Shown here: piece by piece, positions 48,101 to 59,260 of the stretch
How positions within the stretch are numbered: position 1 is the stretch's first letter
Layout: every line of letters starts with the position of its first letter
NCBI RefSeq assembly: GCF_035084215.1
Contig: NC_090333.1
Span: 26,722,001-26,786,000 of the forward strand
Origin: Heptranchias perlo
Taxonomy: Eukaryota
Direction of reading: 5' to 3'
Length of the DNA: 64,000 bases
Program-made: the position numbers and the translations under genes
Notes under the pieces: generated by a model
Told to the model about the DNA's origin: nothing
The model's input: only the letters and a program-made list of their open reading frames with translations
Databases searched by the model: none

Positions 48101-51100
48101 TCTTACATCCTATGCTAAATTATATAATAGCATTTAGAAACAGGTGTAGAATTAGCAAACATTTTCCTGACCTACTTCCAGTCTTTGTACCCTGAAAAGG
48201 ATAGTAATAAAGTATAAAGCTGGTTAGAACAGCTTCCATACTATTCGTAATAGTCCGGGTACTGCAATACCACGTGAACCAGGAACACAGTTGGGAGAAA
48301 TACTGGAAGAAAATAAAGAGAACATTTTTTAAAAAAAACAGTCTCATCAAATGAATTGGTATGGATACTCATTAAGTTCACATAAAATAATTTTCTAAAC
48401 ACAAAATAGTTTTTGTTGTACAGTTAAGGGCAACAAATCCCTATTTTAGAAGTTGAAGCTTTGAATGCACAGTGTTGCAACTTCATTCTCCATTACCGTC
48501 CTTAGATGGTGCAGTCCATGCATCTGACACACAAAACTAAATTAGACCTGCACAGTTGTGAAATAGACAAAATGATACTACAATAGGATTCTTACCACAG
48601 CACAGAGTGTGGTAACCAAGATCTGTGGTGTCAATGTCTTTTTTCTCCTTTTTGATTTCTTAGACCATTGCAACAAATACAATTCATGACAGTAATTATC
48701 CTGTTAAATAGAGAACTTTCCACTATATCTAGATTGTAATCACCTTATAAAAAAAATAGGTTCGATGTCTCTAAAATGGAGCCTTTGAGGTCTTGGAGGC
48801 TAGTGCTTGGAGGAATAGACAAATTGGGGTGGACCAACTGCTGTGGAGCTGGACTTAAAGATCAGACTTTGAAGGACAATAAACTTGGGGTGGAAAGAAA
48901 GAAAGAAAGAGACTTGCATTCATATAGCGCCTTTCATGACCTCAGGGCGTCTCAAAGCACTTTACAGCCAATTAAGTACTTCTGAAGTGTAGTCACTGTT
49001 GTAATGGAGGAAATGCAGCAGCCAATATGCACACAGCAAGGTGATAATGACCAGATAATCTATTTTTTTTAATGTTTGTTGGTTGAGGAATAAATATTGG
49101 CCAGGACACTGGGGAGAACACTTCAAAATAACGCCATGGCAATTGGGGCCCCCTCAAGAGGACATTTAACGTCTCACCTGAAAGACGGCACCTCTGACAG
49201 TGCAGCACTCCCCCGATGCTGCACTGAAGTGTCAGCCTAGATTTTGTGCTCAAATCTCTGGAGTGGGACTTGAACCCACAACCTTTTGACTTAGAGGCAA
49301 GATTGCTACCACTGAGCCATGGCTGACTGAGAGTCGTGCTTAACGAAACAAATATTTTCTTTATGGAGTGCAGTTATTTTTATATTAAAAAATGTGTCCC
49401 CCTTACCTAATTCCTTTAACTTGTATTCACACTTCTAAAGATCACATAACATTTTTGTCTAAGATTTAGTTTGGCTTCTTTAATGTTCATAGTACTTAAG
49501 GAGTTAAAACTAGCTTCACTCACAGAAGAATGTTCCAGTTCACTCTTGTTATAAGTTGTTGCAATAATTTGTCAATTTGTCAGAAAAACAAGTGTCCAAG
49601 TAGACAATGATTCCAACTTATCTTATATGTGCGCACATTATAAAGTCTATTGGTGTGCTGAATACTACAGATACTAACTGTATCATGCCTTCGGTGCTTA
49701 TTGCATGATAATTCTTCCATGTGCTTCACTCACTTTTGAGTCTCTCCCTTAAATTGAGAAAGACTTGAAGCAGAGTCAAAAACCTTGGAAAATTTCCATA
49801 TCGCACCAATAAAAAAAAAGAAAAAAGCAATCTGCTTACCACCCATTTTGCAATCTCTGCGTTCTCCTGTTTTTTTATGATAGAGTATAGTTTTACATCT
49901 GCCAGTGCTGCCAGAAAAGACTGGACTAGTCGAGGAACCCAGATCTGCAAAAACAATTATGGCAGGTTCATTGACAGCAAGTTTAAGTTGTTGGGCAGAT
50001 TGCAAATGTAAATCGTTGCTCAGTGACGCCAACCCGGCCACAGCGAAAGAACTACCCCCTCTTGCACCATTACTGCTAACAAAAGTACAGACAGGGATGT
50101 GAAGCTCACATTTTTTATATGAATATGTATCTGTACAATCAGAACATTTTCTATATAATCTGAATTGATTCAATTCTTCAGCATCCTACATAACACAATG
50201 CAAGTTGTGGCTCTGAGACTATAAATTCATCACATCGAGTTCTAATTCTTCATGTGTCAAAGCATGGTGCCAACCAGAGGATAAGAAGTTAGTCTAAAGG
50301 AAGAACTGAAATCAAACGGCACCCTGCAGCAGCCAGATTAGGCCTGGGAGCAGGTCATTTCACTTGCCTAGGCAGCAATGCACACAGCACAAAGACAGGA
50401 GGGTAAAAACAGAACAGAAAGAAGCATTGGACAGAATGCAAAAATCTTAACTCTTGTGCAGACATGACTAATATTTTTTCTTCTCTGTACTTATTATTTC
50501 TTTTCTCTTCCCCAGCTTAGACTAAGGTAAAACCAATTATACACATTCTGCAGAAAAGCTGAGAGCTATTTCCAGCACACAAAGATTCCCAGGATCCATA
50601 AGACACCAATTTTTAAAACTGCTTGTGTATATGGAAAATGGTTTAAATTGGGATAGACGATATTACCCCATATCTGATCTCACCAAATCCAAAAAATTCT
50701 GTGCCCAGGCCTGTTTTCAGGGTCCAATCTCTGATTCTCTTGGGCCAGTTGTGGTAAAAATCCAAATGTTGTTTGGTGGCAGCGCTTCTAACAAATTATC
50801 CTGAGGGAAACAGCTGTCCTCAAGTCAGCACCTCCCCACAACAACACACTGCGGCTGTGAATTTCAGCAGATTGAGGTAAAAACAAAATCATACAAGGAA
50901 TAAATCAAATATTTAATACAACTTAAAGGCCTTTATTTTCAGCATCTTCTGGCTAGTTAGAAGGATCAACCAATTGCCAGAATTACAGTATTTTATTTCA
51001 GACATTGTTGCAAGATACATTTACTACACATCATACCAATGAACAGACAAGCAGAGGTTTCCAGCAAAAGTCAAAAATGTAGCCACTAACTTTCCTAGCA

Positions 51101-54100
51101 TTTCAATTAACAAACATCAACCTCATTTTCTGTGCAATTTTTGAAGAGACAAGGCTGATTAGTTAAAAAACAGTTGGTACCTTACCAGCAGTTGAACTGT
51201 ATCCTTCTTGAATATTTGCAACAATTTATAAAAGCTTGCAAAGAACAATGGGTAAGTGTAGCCTCGCAGCCTCTCTTTCCATTCCCAGGTTAAATAACCA
51301 TATTTGAGAATGTTAAGGTTATAATATTAACTATTTGTTTTAAAAATAAATAAAATCATCCATCTGTCTGCTGTTAGCACCATGATTGATCCTGGAGTAC
51401 CATGTGACCACCAAAATGTGAGCTGATTGGGTGTGAGCTGTTTTCTGATTAATCCCTGCTAGGCAAGAGTTTAACAACAATCTACTAGAAGATATAATAT
51501 ATATTGCCCACCATCTTTTCCCATGGTTGGCCCCTCCACTCCACAGCTGCTCGATCCCTCATTCCCAGAAGCAACTTCAGACCTTCCGAGAGACATTTGG
51601 TCCTCTACGCGCTCAACTTGCTAAGGCCCTGCTCTTCCTTCATAGTAGATTGTACTATCAAACTTTTGGCAATGTTTTTAGAAGAAAAAACAAGGAAGAT
51701 TGACAATGTAACAATGCAAATAGCTTTGGTCAAAAAAATGCAACTGGGGTTCTTTTGTTTATCTGGATGTGCCAGGCGGCAAGGGATAAATGTATTAGAG
51801 TGCACAGACATAATTCAGTTCACATTTTATAGTCATGTATTCTATCCTTATTTTTATACAATACTTTGAGTTTATATTATTATTCATAGTTAAATAGGAA
51901 CACATATAGCAATTTGGGAAGCAGAGATAATTGGAGTTTGGGGGTTTCTTTGCAGTGCAGACTGAGGAGCTGGGAGACTCAAAACTGAGGTGCTACAGCA
52001 CTACTATTGGCAGGAAGGTGTAATAATAGTGTTAAAAGTTTACCAAGATGGTATCCATTATAAATGTGCACATTGGAGCTTATAATGGAAGTGCACACTG
52101 ATGTGAGATTTTTAATATTATTACAGATTTTTGGGCCAGGTTCTTCCTTCACAATTTTAACTGAGCAGGAACCTGGCACTTCCTTACAAAGAGTGCCACA
52201 TTTCTCTCTCTCTGGGTACAGTGCATTGTGGTCAGTGGCAAATGGGTGAGAATTTTTATGTGTCAATTAATTTAGACACAGATGATTAAAATTGTATTTT
52301 ACAATGCCAATCTATCAGAGACAGTGTTTAAGTTTACAAGTGACTAAGTGACACTAACTTTTCCTTTACAGTACTGAAATACATTCTGGTTGACATATCT
52401 AGCTATCCCAAAATCTTTCCTCATTTCGTACAATTTGTATTTAATTTTGGCAATCCCAGTCAACAAATTATATATATAGTGTCAGGCCATATTTGAGGTG
52501 TAGTTGTAGCACGCACAAAGGTTTTCATGTCTTGCTTTCTGTAATTAAAAGGAAACCTTCATTCATATTTGCCTTGTACTACCTACTAATTTTTAGTATT
52601 TTTCCCTCTTCCCTCATTAGATTTTGTGGACCATTTTCTGACCAAGCTGCATGGGGATGGGCATAAGACTTGCTATCAGACGTCTTGTAGACATCAAACA
52701 CTAAGAGCGAGCACAAACGCACGTGCCAGGTCGGCTTCCCCTTAATTCCCCAGATTGGTCTGAAATATGCAATTCACTGCATGCAGAATCACAGCTGCAA
52801 ATGTGTAAACCATCACTCCATAAGCTTTTTTGTGTGTGATAGAGAAGAATATAAAACCACATTTAAAAAAAAAGTAATTTCAGGAACTCAGCAGCCTTTT
52901 TAAGTCAAGGTTACTGTAAAACAAATATTGTAACATTAGGTCTCATTGGTCAGGAGCATGTAATGACCCCATATATCCCAATTCCATTCCACTCTACTGT
53001 CATAAATAATCAAAAATGCAACCTGACCAGGATTAAAAGTTATACGAGATCTGTGATGTCCAAAAGATTGGCACATCTGTGAATTCCAATAGACTGATCT
53101 TAAAGTTACAATTCTTACAATGCGCATGTATAATTTACATGTAAAATTTACACAGAATTACATTAAATGCACAGCACAGAAACAGGCCATTTGGCCCAAC
53201 AGGTCCATGCTGATGTTTATGCTCCACACGAGCCTCCGCCCTCCCTACTTCATCTAACCCCATCAGCGTATCCTTCTATTTCTTTCTCCCTCATGTGTTT
53301 ATATAGCTTCCCCTTAAATCCATCTATGCCTGTCACCTCAACGACTCCTTGTAGTAGCAAGTTCCACATTTTAACCACTCACTGGGTAAAGACGTTTCTC
53401 CTGAATTCCCCATTGGATTTATTAGTGACTACCTTATATTTATGGCCCCTAGTTCTAGTCTACCCCAAAAGTGGAAACAGCTTCTCTACCCTATTAAAGC
53501 CTTTCATAATCTTAAAGACCTTTATCAGGTCACCCCTCAGTCTTCTCTTTTCTAGAGAAACAAGTCTCAGCCTGCTTAGCCTTTCCTGATAAGTATAACC
53601 TCTCATTTCTAGTATCATCCTAGTAAATCTTTTTTGCACCTTCTCCAGTGCCTCTATATCCTTTTTATAATATGGAGACCAGAACTGTTCACAGTGCTCC
53701 AAGTGTGGTCTAACCAAGATTCTATACGAAATATATGAAATTTACGGATGACACAAAGATAGACCGTGTGGTTGATAGTGAGGAGGAAAGCTATAGACTG
53801 CAGGAAGATATCAATGGACTGGTCAAATGGGCAGAAAAATGGCAAATTGAGTTCAATCCGGAGAAGTGTGAGGTGATGCATTTGGGGAGAGCAAACAAGG
53901 CAAGGGAATACACAATAAATGGGAGGATACTGAGAGGTGTAGAGGAAGTGAGGGACCTTGGAGTGCACGTCCACAAATCCCTGAAGGTAGCAGGACAGCT
54001 AGATAAGGTAGTTAAGAAGGCAAATGGAATGCTTTCCATTTTTAGCTGAGGCATAGTATATAAAAGCAGGGATGTTACCCTGGAACTGTATAAAACACTC

Positions 54101-57100
54101 GTTAGGCCACAGCTTGAGTACTAAGCACAGTTCTGGTCACATTACAGGAAGGATGTAATTGCACTAGAGAGGCTGCAGAGGAGATTTACGAGCATGTTGC
54201 CAGGACTGGAGAATTTTAGCTATGACAACAGATTGGATAGGCTGGGGTTTTTTTCCTTGGAATAGAGGAGGCTGAGGGGTGATTTGATTGAGGTATACAA
54301 AATTATGAGGGGCCTAGATACAATGGGTAGGAAGAACCTCTTCCCTTAGCGGAGGGGTCAATAACCAGGGGGCATAGATTTAAAATTGGTAGAAGGATTA
54401 GAGTGGAAATGAGGAAAAGATTTTTCACCCAGAGGATGGTGGGGGTCTGGAACTCACTGCCTAAGAGGGTGGTGGAGGCAGAAGCCCTCAACTCATTTAA
54501 AAAATACCTGGATGTGTACCTGAAGAGCCATGACCTGTAGGGCTACGGACCAAATGCGGGAAAGTGGAATTAGGCTGGGTGGCTTGTTTCTCAGCTGGCG
54601 CAGACACGATGGGCCGAATGGCCTCCTTCTGTGCCGTAAATTTTCAATGATTCTATACAAGTTTAAAATAACTTCTCTGCTTTTCAATTCTATCCCTATA
54701 GAAATGAACCCTAGTTATTTGTTTGCTTTTTTTAATGGTCTTATTAATCTGCAACGCTACTTTTAGTGATTTGCGTATCTGTACCTCCAGATCCCCCTGC
54801 TCCTTTACCCCATTTAGACTCTTATTTTCCAAGGAGTATGTGGCCTCCTTATTTTTCCAACCAAAATGTAATACCTTAAACTTATTTGAAAGCCCAAAGG
54901 ATATTTGAAGACCATGTTGTGTGCAACTTCGAGTGACTGCCAATACTCATCAGGAACAAAGCTCGTCTGGACCAGAATGCAGTTCACCGTCCTCAAAGCT
55001 ACAGTGAACATAATTAAATAGGTGTTTGAACCTAATAATCCTGGATTAAAAAAACAGAAAAATTACAGCATTATTGAAGCAGTAAAATATTTTGATGGAT
55101 CCAAATACCAGTTGTATTTTTCTGAGGCGGGGGGGGGGGGGGGGGGGGGTCACCTTAGAAATTTTTCATAGAATAAATGTTACACCTTGGGGAAAAAAAA
55201 CTTATAATCTCACATGAGTACTTGTATAGAGAAATGTTATCCAATGAAGCACTTTCCACAAAAATATGCGCGATTCAATTTTTATTCTTAAAGAAAATCA
55301 TGTTCCATAAGTAAATAGTATGCATGCTAAATATTCACTAGATAATGAACATCGTCTTGCTCTCCAAAACACCCTATTCTATAAAGTCCTGTATACAATC
55401 TCCGCACCTAAATCAGTGGAGAGAACACACTGGGGTGATTAGAGAATTTACTTGGTATATCTGATTCCTGTTATGAGCAACAGCATGTTTTGGTCAAATT
55501 CTGGAGCCATTGTAAACCATTTTTTAAAACAAGTGTCTGCCAACTTTTTACTTGGATTTATTTCAAGCGAACTAACACCCTTGCCTATCTTGCCAAACTC
55601 ATAGAACCATAGACACATACAGCACAGAAGGAGGCCATTCAGCCCATCGTGCCTCTTTGAAAGAGCTATCCAATTAGTCACACTTCCCTGTTCTCAGAAC
55701 ATAAGAAATAGGAGCAGGAGTTGGCCATAAGGCGCCTCCAGCCAGCTCCGCCATTCAATAAGATCATGGCTGATCTTCTACCTCAACTCCACTTTCCCGC
55801 CCTATCCCCATATTCCTTGATTCCCTTTGTGTCCAAAAATCCATCGATCTCAGTCTTGCATATACTCAACGACTGAGCATCCAGCGCCATCTGGGGTACA
55901 GAATTCCAAATATTCACCACACTGAGTGAAGAAATTTCTCCTCATCTCAGTCCTAAATGGCTGACCCCTTATCTTGAGACTATGCCTCCTAGTTCTGAAC
56001 TCTCCAGCCAGGGGAAACAGCTTCTCAGCATCTATCCAGTCAAGCCCTCTAAGAATTTTATACATTTCAACCTCGCATTCTTCTAAACTCCAGACAGTAT
56101 AGACCCATTATACTCAATCTCTTCTCATAGGACAACTCTCTCATCCTAGGAAGCAATCTAGGGAACCTTTATTGCACCCCCTCTAAGGCAACTATATCCT
56201 TCCTTAGATAAGGAGACCAAAACTGTACACAGTACTCCAGATGTCATCTCACCAGAGCCCTATACAATTGCAGCAAGACGTCCTTACTCTTATACTCCAA
56301 CCCCCTTGAAATAAAGGCTAACACACCATTTGCCTTCCTAATTGCTTGCTGTACCTGCATTTTAACTTTGTGATTCGTGTACAAGGACACCCAAATCCCT
56401 CTGAATATCAACATTTCTCAGTCTCTCACTTCTAAAAAAAATATTCTGTTTTTATATTCTTCCTATCAAAGTGGATAATTTCACATTTCCCCACATTATA
56501 CTCCATCTGCCACCTTCTTGCCCACTCACTTAACTTGTCCATATCCCTTTGCAGCCTCCTCAGTTTATTTTCCCTCCTAGCTTTGTATCATCAGCAAACT
56601 TGTATACATCACACTCGGTCCCCTCATCTAAGTCATCAATATATATTGTAAACAGCTGAGGCCTCAGCACTGATCCTTGCAGCACCCCACTAGTTACAAC
56701 CTGCCAACCCAAAAATGACCAATTTATTCCTACTCTGTTTTCTGTCCGTTAACCAATCCTCAATCCATGCTAATATATTACCCCCAGTCCCAGGAGCCCT
56801 AATCCTGTGCAACAACCTCTTGTGTGGCACCTTATCAAATGCATTTTGAAAATCCAAATACGCTACAAACACTGGTTCCCCCTTATTTACCCTACTAGTT
56901 GCACCCTCAAAAAACTCTAATAGATTTGTCAAAAACAATTTCCCCTTCATTACCACTTCCTTAATAATAGATTCTAGCATTTTCCCAACAACTGATGTCA
57001 GGCTAACTGGCTTATAGTGCCCTGTTTTCTCTCCCTCCTTTCTTGAATAGCGGGGTTACATTTACTACCTTCCCATCTAAGGAATTCTGGAAGATCAAAA

Positions 57101-58503
57101 CCAATGCATTCACTATCTTTGCAGCCACCTTTTTAAAGCCCTCATTATGTAGGCCATCAGGTCCAGGGGATTTGTCAGCTTGTCCCCATAGCCATGCAAA
57201 TTTTTCCTTTTCAATTATATATCCAGTTCCCTCTAGAAAGTTACTATTGAATCTGCTTCCACCACCCTTTCAGGCAGTGCATTCCAGATTATAACAATTC
57301 GCTGCGTAAAAACATTTCTCCTCATCTCCCTCTGGCTCTTTTGCCAATTATCTTAAATCTGTGTCCTCTGGTTGGCAACCGTCCTGCCAGTGGAAACAGT
57401 TTTTCCCTATCTACTCTATCAAAACCCTTCACAACTCCTTATTTCTCCTAGAAATGTATAGTGGACAGCCGTGGTTGGCAAACATTTTTGTGTAGGCGAT
57501 CCCTTCATCTAACTTCTGAAATGTCAGCTATCCAAAGAAAAGCAATGCTATCACTGCAGAAAACATTTACTCGTACACAGTAACAGAAATAATGTACTGT
57601 TACATTCGGCCCATTGCATTTGTGTTGGCTCTTACCCAAAACTAATCCGATCTGGCCCGATGAAAGGTCATTGACCTGAAACGTTAACTCTGCCTCGCCA
57701 CAGATGTTGCCTGACCTGCTGAGTGTTTCCAGCATTCTCTGTTTTTATTCCATTCACACTGCCCTGCTCTCATCCCATTGCTCTGTATCTTCCTGTGCCT
57801 CAAATATTCTTCCAATTTCCCCTTAAACTCTACCACTTTCTGTGGCAAAGCAGTCCATTCTCCAACAACCCTCTGCATAAAGGGATTTCTCCTAAACTCT
57901 CTCCTCGCTCCCTTTGACAATTTTAAATTGATGATTCCCCGCCACTGACTCCCACCAGGCTACTATCCAGGCGCAATGGGCCGAATGGTGACCTTTGGGA
58001 TCCTGCGACCCATTGGAAAAACTTCACTCCAGCTGATCGGAAGAGGTAGGTAGGATCGACTGACTTATGAGTATGCTACGGAACTATTAGCTAACAAAAA
58101 CATTCCCCGTCCAGAGGGTGCATCAAGCTCTTTCAATTCGAATTAAAGCCTGCCACTTTTTCAAATGATACGGCTGTACTTGAACTGTACGCAACGTTGT
58201 TCATAGACACTTTAGACTAACGCACGGGATATTGTTCAATGAGTCGGCAGCTGGGAAATATTTCAAGAGAACGGGGCTCTTCCAAGGGCTTTTATAAACA
58301 GAATGCAGCGAGATGAATTGCAAATACATTTGCACAGAGCAGTGGCGAGAAGACACTAAGCTGGCTGCCCATCCTGTACCTGCACCCTGCTCCGTGCTGG
58401 AGCGCTCTTTGCTGTACAGCGTCGATTTTCTCTTTCTCAGCCTGACAGTTTGTGAAGCCGCGGAATGTCTGTCCCTAAAGAGACTGTTCCTGAGTTTCTC
58501 CAT
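36031..58503 (-). CDS. PIGB: PIGB, GPI mannosyltransferase 3; whole gene span, 12 exons, 532 aa
   Basis: Join(-) 58503-58380, 55040-54905, 51303-51186, 49944-49840, 48302-48172, 46160-46020, 43049-42998, 42351-42140, 40113-40049, 39460-39244, 37159-36979, 36147-36031 = 1599 nt, open. Motifs [28 protein letters not shown] (Alg9/GT22 family), [13 protein letters not shown]. Confidence 0.95.
36979..37159 (-). CDS. PIGB: PIGB exon 11
   Basis: ccacag|[17 protein letters not shown]...DEADLF...VMEQ|gtatgt. Confidence 0.93.
37972..38372 (-). mobile_element. tRNA-derived SINE, same family
   Basis: Colinear with 48899-49328. Confidence 0.8.
38970..39203. mobile_element. Young Penelope-like terminal-repeat insertion with an inverted copy (200-bp perfect palindrome) and 12-bp TSD
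   Basis: 38969-39168 is self-complementary about 39068/39069; CATTTCTACATT flanks both sides (38958-38969, 39204-39215); the 3' part recurs at 31709-31796. Confidence 0.85.
39078..39118 (+). ncRNA. Minimal type I hammerhead ribozyme motif (mirror copy on the minus strand at 39019-39059)
   Basis: Stem I AUUUGC/GUGAAU; core CUGAGGA; stem II GGAGA-AAA-UCUCC; GAAA; palindromic AGCU stem III; putative CUU cleavage triplet. Confidence 0.75.
39244..39460 (-). CDS. PIGB: PIGB exon 10
   Basis: gtatag|YSLANLK...[14 protein letters not shown]...MPCHSTPFY; GC donor AG|GCACGT. Confidence 0.9.
40049..40113 (-). CDS. PIGB: PIGB exon 9
   Basis: ttacag|[21 protein letters not shown]|gtaagt. Confidence 0.92.
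40664..41457. mobile_element. Non-autonomous DNA transposon (MITE), PIF/Harbinger-like
   Basis: Perfect 14-bp TIR GGGCTCAATTTTAA (40664-40677 / 41444-41457); 3-bp TTT duplication; GC-rich non-coding interior; interrupts a CR1 tail. Confidence 0.8.
42140..42351 (-). CDS. PIGB: PIGB exon 8
   Basis: ccacag|[13 protein letters not shown]...[14 protein letters not shown]...LVVY|gtgtgt. Confidence 0.93.
42998..43049 (-). CDS. PIGB: PIGB exon 7
   Basis: ttacag|[17 protein letters not shown]|gtaggg. Confidence 0.9.
43660..44470 (+). mobile_element. CR1 LINE 3' fragment
   Basis: WQMDFN...[11 protein letters not shown]...; same subfamily as the 11996-12730 segment. Confidence 0.9.
44590..45050 (-). 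mobile_element. Decayed Harbinger-type Myb/SANT-like gene fragment
   Basis: [25 protein letters not shown]...[24 protein letters not shown]|gtgagt...cag|EKVAHNRR, with stops and a frameshift. Confidence 0.7.
46020..46160 (-). CDS. PIGB: PIGB exon 6
   Basis: ctgcag|[24 protein letters not shown]...CLPV|gtatgt. Confidence 0.92.
48172..48302 (-). CDS. PIGB: PIGB exon 5
   Basis: ttccag|[23 protein letters not shown]...GTKTGS|gtcagg. Confidence 0.92.
48899..49328 (-). mobile_element. tRNA-derived SINE, DeuSINE/SacSINE1-like
   Basis: A box TGGCTCAGTGG, B box GGTTCAAGTCC, central tgcactgtc...gccgtctttc...tcctggccaatatttat core, L2-like tail. Confidence 0.8.
49840..49944 (-). CDS. PIGB: PIGB exon 4
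   Basis: ttgcag|[20 protein letters not shown]...AKWV|gtaagc. Confidence 0.92.
51186..51303 (-). CDS. PIGB: PIGB exon 3
   Basis: [39 protein letters not shown]; preceded by CCTTAAC branch site; donor GTAAGG. Confidence 0.9.
53160..54885 (-). mobile_element. CR1 3' fragment split by a nested opposite-strand CR1
   Basis: Minus-strand ORF2 pieces at 53460-53717 and 54653-54885 are colinear across the insert. Confidence 0.8.
53728..54650 (+). mobile_element. Nested CR1 3' fragment with 10-bp duplication GATTCTATAC
   Basis: KFTDDTK...[10 protein letters not shown]; duplication at 53718-53727 and 54649-54658. Confidence 0.85.
54905..55040 (-). CDS. PIGB: PIGB exon 2
   Basis: aatccag|GA; [11 protein letters not shown]...[16 protein letters not shown]; followed by U12 donor ATATCCTT. 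Confidence 0.92.
55600..57430 (-). mobile_element. Cluster of decayed CR1 LINE fragments in PIGB intron 1
   Basis: [22 protein letters not shown] fragments and several CR1 tails. Confidence 0.85.
57655..57750 (+). repeat. Older Penelope-like terminal repeat with a degenerate hammerhead core
   Basis: ccgatga-aggtca-t-tgacct-gaaacgtt followed by cagatg.tgcctgacctgctgag. Related copies at about 11797-11885, 27580-27690, 15895-15950 (-) and 30660-30770 (-). Confidence 0.6.
58380..58503 (-). CDS. PIGB: PIGB exon 1
   Basis: MEKLRNSL...[11 protein letters not shown]...QGA; donor CAG|GTACAG; phase 1 matches exon 2. Confidence 0.8.
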
Positions 58504-58509
58504 CCTGCC

Positions 58510-59260
58510 GCCTGCCCTCCACTCGGGCTCAGCGCTCCATCCACTCCCTCTTCAGCCAGCTTCCTCTCCCGCCACGTCATCCCCCTGCGCGCAGAGTTCC
58601 TGCAAACTAGGCCCGGTGGGTGGGCGGCACCAGTCAGTCAGCCAGCCCGCCTGCCCGCCCGCTCCTCACATTTTAAAAATAACATTCGGGAAATCAGCGG
58701 CACGGTGCCGGTCGGGCTCCCCGACTGGGCCACGGGTATCTCAGGTCCCACTGGATGAGGCTCCTTCCAACCCGAGAGGGGGCCGGTTACCAGGGCGACA
58801 GCTCTCCCATCCTATGCCCCGTCCCCCCCCCACCGCAGGCTGATTATATCTCAGGGCTGGACATTAGTCGCCTGCTTTCCCACTGGGCTGCACGGTTAAA
58901 CATAAGCGTAAGAATTCTTTCTTTGGTTTGGTTTTTTTTTAAAACCGCCGACGCTCTTTTCTGACGTATCTGGCCTGAAAGACTACAAATCCCATGATGC
59001 CCGCTTTCCGCAACGCATGCGCAAACGCGCAGGGGGCGTGGCCACCCCCGGGGCTCAGCAGGCGTCGGCTCGCGAATCCATTCACCTCCCAGAGTAGAAC
59101 GTGGCCAATCAGAACGGCGGGAAGGGGGGCGGGAGCGAGAGCGAGCGCGAGCATAAGTTTGGCATCAAAGTTAGAATGAGTTGAACTCCAGCGCTGCGCT
59201 AAGGCTGTGGGCTGCCCAGGTCAGGAGAGGCGAGCAGGATCATTCACAGGGGGGTAAGCA
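58510..59260. promoter_or_regulatory. CpG-island promoter of PIGB, possibly bidirectional
   Basis: CpG-dense; ZNF143/SBS-type ACTACAAATCCCA at 58982-58994; NRF1-like CGCATGCGCA near 59014; Sp/KLF GGGGCGTGGC near 59033; CCAAT near 59105. Confidence 0.75.

Larger units (their letters stand above)
51304..54904 (-). other. PIGB: U12-type (minor spliceosome) intron 2 of PIGB, apparent AT-AA termini
   Basis: 5' end ATATCCTTT; branch CCTTAAC at 51318-51312; frame requires the 3' end ...TTCTCAA. Confidence 0.85.

Noticed and set aside
49230-49328. tRNA gene (A and B boxes)
   Set aside because: It is the head of a SINE that continues into a shared core and L2-like tail; the same applies near 38300-38372 and 17220-17286.
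58313-58843. 176-aa antisense ORF over PIGB exon 1 as PIGBOS1 or a new gene
   Set aside because: Pro/Ser/Ala-rich ORF expected in a GC-rich island; no resemblance to PIGBOS1.
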